Positions 61,900 to 64,000 of a stretch of DNA of 64,000 bases are shown piece by piece (position 1 is the first letter of the stretch; each line of letters opens with the position of its first letter). Made by a program: the position numbers and the translations under genes. Source of the DNA: Betaproteobacteria bacterium (GTDB lineage Bacteria; Pseudomonadota; Gammaproteobacteria; Burkholderiales; JACQAP01); NCBI GenBank assembly GCA_016194905.1, contig JACQAP010000013.1, positions 2,671-66,670 of the forward strand, in the 5' to 3' direction. The notes under the pieces were generated by a model. It saw only the letters and a list, made by a program, of their open reading frames with translations, was not told where the DNA came from and did no database searches.

Positions 61900-62427
61900 A
61901 TGAAATTCGTCAGCCAGTTGTTGTCCGCCCATCTCGCCCGTTATCCCGCAATGCAACTTGATGACATTTACAAGCTGCTGCATCAGGCGGCGCTGGGTCC
62001 GGGCCATGCGGTGGACAATCCTGCTGCAACGCGCAAGCGACTGGACGAGGAGATCGCAGCATTGGGCGAGGCTCCTCCCGAATTATTACAAGATGTCATT
62101 TCCCCGGACGGACGGCTCGGCCGCGTTCACCTGCGATCCTACCTGGCGTCCGGCGGCAGTGCCGATGCACTCCATCGCGCCTTCGTTGAAACGGCGAACA
62201 GCTACCCGGCTTCACCCGACAAGCTGGCCAAGTTCTGCGGCTGCCTCGGCGATCTTGCCGCTGCCGGCGGCATCCCGTTTGCGCGCGAAAACGTCCTCGC
62301 CTACTTCGGGAAGATTGCTCGCGAGGGCTATCCGGCGGTTCATCATTCCGAGGCGTTCCGTCGCGCCTATCAGCCTGCATATCGCGTTGTGGACATCGTC
62401 CACCTCACCCCTTCCCTCTCCCCCTGA
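61900..62427 (+). CDS. Hypothetical protein (no family recognised)
   Basis: The 175-aa product from ATG 61900 (MKFVSQLLSAHLARYPAMQLDDIYKLLHQAALGPGHAV...) has coding-like composition. The last codons run into a palindromic element. Confidence 0.5.
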   Translation: MKFVSQLLSAHLARYPAMQLDDIYKLLHQAALGPGHAVDNPAATRKRLDEEIAALGEAPPELLQDVISPDGRLGRVHLRSYLASGGSADALHRAFVETANSYPASPDKLAKFCGCLGDLAAAGGIPFARENVLAYFGKIAREGYPAVHHSEAFRRAYQPAYRVVDIVHLTPSLSP

Positions 62428-62445
62428 AGGCGGAGAGGGTGATTG
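62405..62445. repeat. REP-like imperfect palindrome / possible terminator
   Basis: TCACCC(CTTC)CCTCTCC-CCCTGAAGGC-GGAGAGGGTGA spans the stop codon of the upstream hypothetical gene. Confidence 0.4.
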
Positions 62446-62597
62446 ACCCCGGGAGTTGTTGCGCTTCGGCAGTTTCGAGGTAAGGATTCCGGTACTTCTT
62501 CGTGTTGCTTCGTGTCCTTCGTGACTTAAGGTGAAACACTTACGGCTGAAGCTGTCGTGGTGAGATTTTGGTTTTGAATGTTTCAGGGAGAAATACA

Positions 62598-63746
62598 ATG
62601 AGCGGCCTGTGCATCACCGACGTACGAGCGTATCCGACTTCCTTTCCGGTCGATCCGAAAGACAGCGTCACGCTCGGCATCGGTCGCACCGTCAAGCGCG
62701 ACGCCGTCATCGTCAAGGTTTCCACCGAGGACGGCGTAACCGGATGGGGCGAAGCGCATCACGGCCGCTGCCCCGGCGCTGTCGCTCACCTCGTCAATAC
62801 CACGATGAAACAACTCGTCGTCGGGCAGGACGCGAACGACATCACGGGCGTATGGAAGAAGGTGTACGACAAGCAACTCGCCAGTCACGGCATGGGAGCC
62901 GGCGCCTGTCTCGCACTTTCCGGCATCGACATGGCGCTCTGGGATATCCGCGGCAAGGCACTCAAGCTGCCGCTGTACAAGCTGCTCGGTGGACGCTCTA
63001 AGCCGATACCGGCTTACGCCGGCGGCGTGTCGCTCGGCTATCAGGATCCCAAGTTGCTTGCGGAAGAAGCGCGGCCGCATGTGCAGGCCGGATACAAGGC
63101 AATCAAATTGCGCATCGGCGATAGCGTCGCTCGCGACATCGAGCGCGTCGCCATGGTGCGGCAGACTTTCGGCGACGGCCTGGTGATTCTGACCGATGCC
63201 AACATCGGCTACACGGTGGCCGATACCCGGGCAGCGATGCCCGCGCTCGATGAACTGGACGTCGGCTGGCTCGAGGAGCCCTTTCCCGCCCACGATTACC
63301 TGTCATACCGCGAAGCAGCGCGGTACGGACGCGTGCCGCTTGCCGCGGGCGAAAACCATTACACCCGCTTCGAGTTCAATCGCGTGATCGAAGATGGGGC
63401 GATCACCATTTTGCAGCCGGATCTCTCCAAGACGGGCGGCATTACCGAAGCCCTGCGGATTGCGGCGCTGGCGTCGAGCTGGAAGCTGCCGATTCATCCG
63501 CACACCTCGATGACCGGACTCAACATGGCCGCGACCATCCATTTCCTGGCCGCGATCGAGAACGGGGGCTACTTTGAAGCGGACATATCGAAAAACAACC
63601 TGTTCCGCGACAAGCTGGTCTCGACGCCTTACAAGATAGACAAGGACGGCAACGTCCTGCCGCTGGAAGGAAACGGCATCGGTCTGGACCTCGACGAAGG
63701 CTTTCTGCAAGCCCATCCGGTGATCGAAGGTCCGGCTTACGTCTGA
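62598..63746 (+). CDS. Enolase-superfamily enzyme (mandelate racemase / muconate lactonizing enzyme family; likely acid-sugar dehydratase or similar)
   Basis: The 382-aa product from ATG 62598 (AGGGAG upstream) has an N-terminal capping domain (GWGEAHHG) and barrel metal ligands (TDAN..., WLEEPF, AAGEN) plus an HPH motif. Confidence 0.85.
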   Translation: MSGLCITDVRAYPTSFPVDPKDSVTLGIGRTVKRDAVIVKVSTEDGVTGWGEAHHGRCPGAVAHLVNTTMKQLVVGQDANDITGVWKKVYDKQLASHGMGAGACLALSGIDMALWDIRGKALKLPLYKLLGGRSKPIPAYAGGVSLGYQDPKLLAEEARPHVQAGYKAIKLRIGDSVARDIERVAMVRQTFGDGLVILTDANIGYTVADTRAAMPALDELDVGWLEEPFPAHDYLSYREAARYGRVPLAAGENHYTRFEFNRVIEDGAITILQPDLSKTGGITEALRIAALASSWKLPIHPHTSMTGLNMAATIHFLAAIENGGYFEADISKNNLFRDKLVSTPYKIDKDGNVLPLEGNGIGLDLDEGFLQAHPVIEGPAYV

Positions 63747-63763
63747 CCTCGCGGAATCCTCAG

Positions 63764-64000
63764 ATGGGAGACAGCGTCAAACTCGATCGCCGGGATTCGG
63801 TTGCGATTGTCATTCTCAACCGGCCGGAAGTCCTCAATGCGGTGAACATGGAAATGCGCGAGACGCTCGTTACGCTGCTCGCCGAGCTCAACAAGGCCGA
63901 GGAGGTGCGGGCGGTAGTTCTGACCGGCGCCGGCGACCGCGCCTTCTGTTCCGGCCAGGATCTGGAGGAAATCGTCCGTTACACGGTCGACCACATCGAC
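63764..64000 (+). CDS. Enoyl-CoA hydratase/isomerase (crotonase) family protein, 5' fragment running off the window
   Basis: My own translation is MGDSVKLDRRDSVAIVILNRPEVLNAVNMEMRETLVTLLAELNKAEEVRAVVLTGAGDRAFCSGQDLEE..., a classic crotonase N-terminus. It is truncated by the window end. Confidence 0.8.
   Translation, partial: MGDSVKLDRRDSVAIVILNRPEVLNAVNMEMRETLVTLLAELNKAEEVRAVVLTGAGDRAFCSGQDLEEIVRYTVDHID

Overview
This 64-kb window looks like conserved core chromosome from a moderately GC-rich Proteobacterium. Gene order is the Beta-/Pseudomonas-like arrangement, and almost every gene is a recognisable housekeeping gene.

Left to right:
- a tRNA(CAU), then the rpsU-yqeY-dnaG-rpoD macromolecular-synthesis operon (minus strand), divergent from tsaD
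- plsY, and ogt-xerD
- a PilZ-domain gene
- rpsP-rimM-trmD-rplS, a secreted alpha/beta hydrolase, and ffh
- ypjD-like and corC-like genes
- pilC-pilD-coaE-zapD-yacG
- a MutT/ThiE-like fusion, a DUF815 ATPase, argJ and secA
- an M23 peptidase and a DUF721/DciA-like gene
- lpxC and the complete dcw cluster (ftsZ back to mraZ) on the minus strand
- RNase P RNA (rnpB) directly upstream of the mraZ promoter
- hupB and pyrC
- rsmI divergent from lpoA-like-yraN-diaA/gmhA-dolP
- rfaE2 and a YddA/SbmA-like ABC transporter
- birA-coaX-SPOR, and a usp gene

The last ~6 kb (57.8-64 kb) looks more accessory. It holds DUF2917 divergent from a MocR regulator, a small outer-membrane beta-barrel, a Tat-signal SMP-30 lactonase, an uncharacterised protein, an enolase-superfamily enzyme and a crotonase fragment.

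I found no CRISPR array, IS element or transposase, integrase, prophage, or recognisable defence or toxin-antitoxin module. I do not see a convincing novel multi-gene system here. The observations most worth a second look are small-scale:
- an SD-equipped 61-codon ORF filling an anomalous 265-bp gap between mraY and murD
- an unusually long (~460 nt) RNase P RNA with extra helices
- 10-bp phased GTGGG boxes at the dcw promoter
- strong GC-rich palindromes before secA and at the 3' end of a hypothetical gene
- a repeat-bearing MocR/DUF2917 divergent promoter
- a lower-GC non-coding flank at the 3' side of the tRNA, at the window edge

All functional calls come from reading the supplied translations against remembered family motifs and E. 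coli or Pseudomonas homologues. No database search was run.
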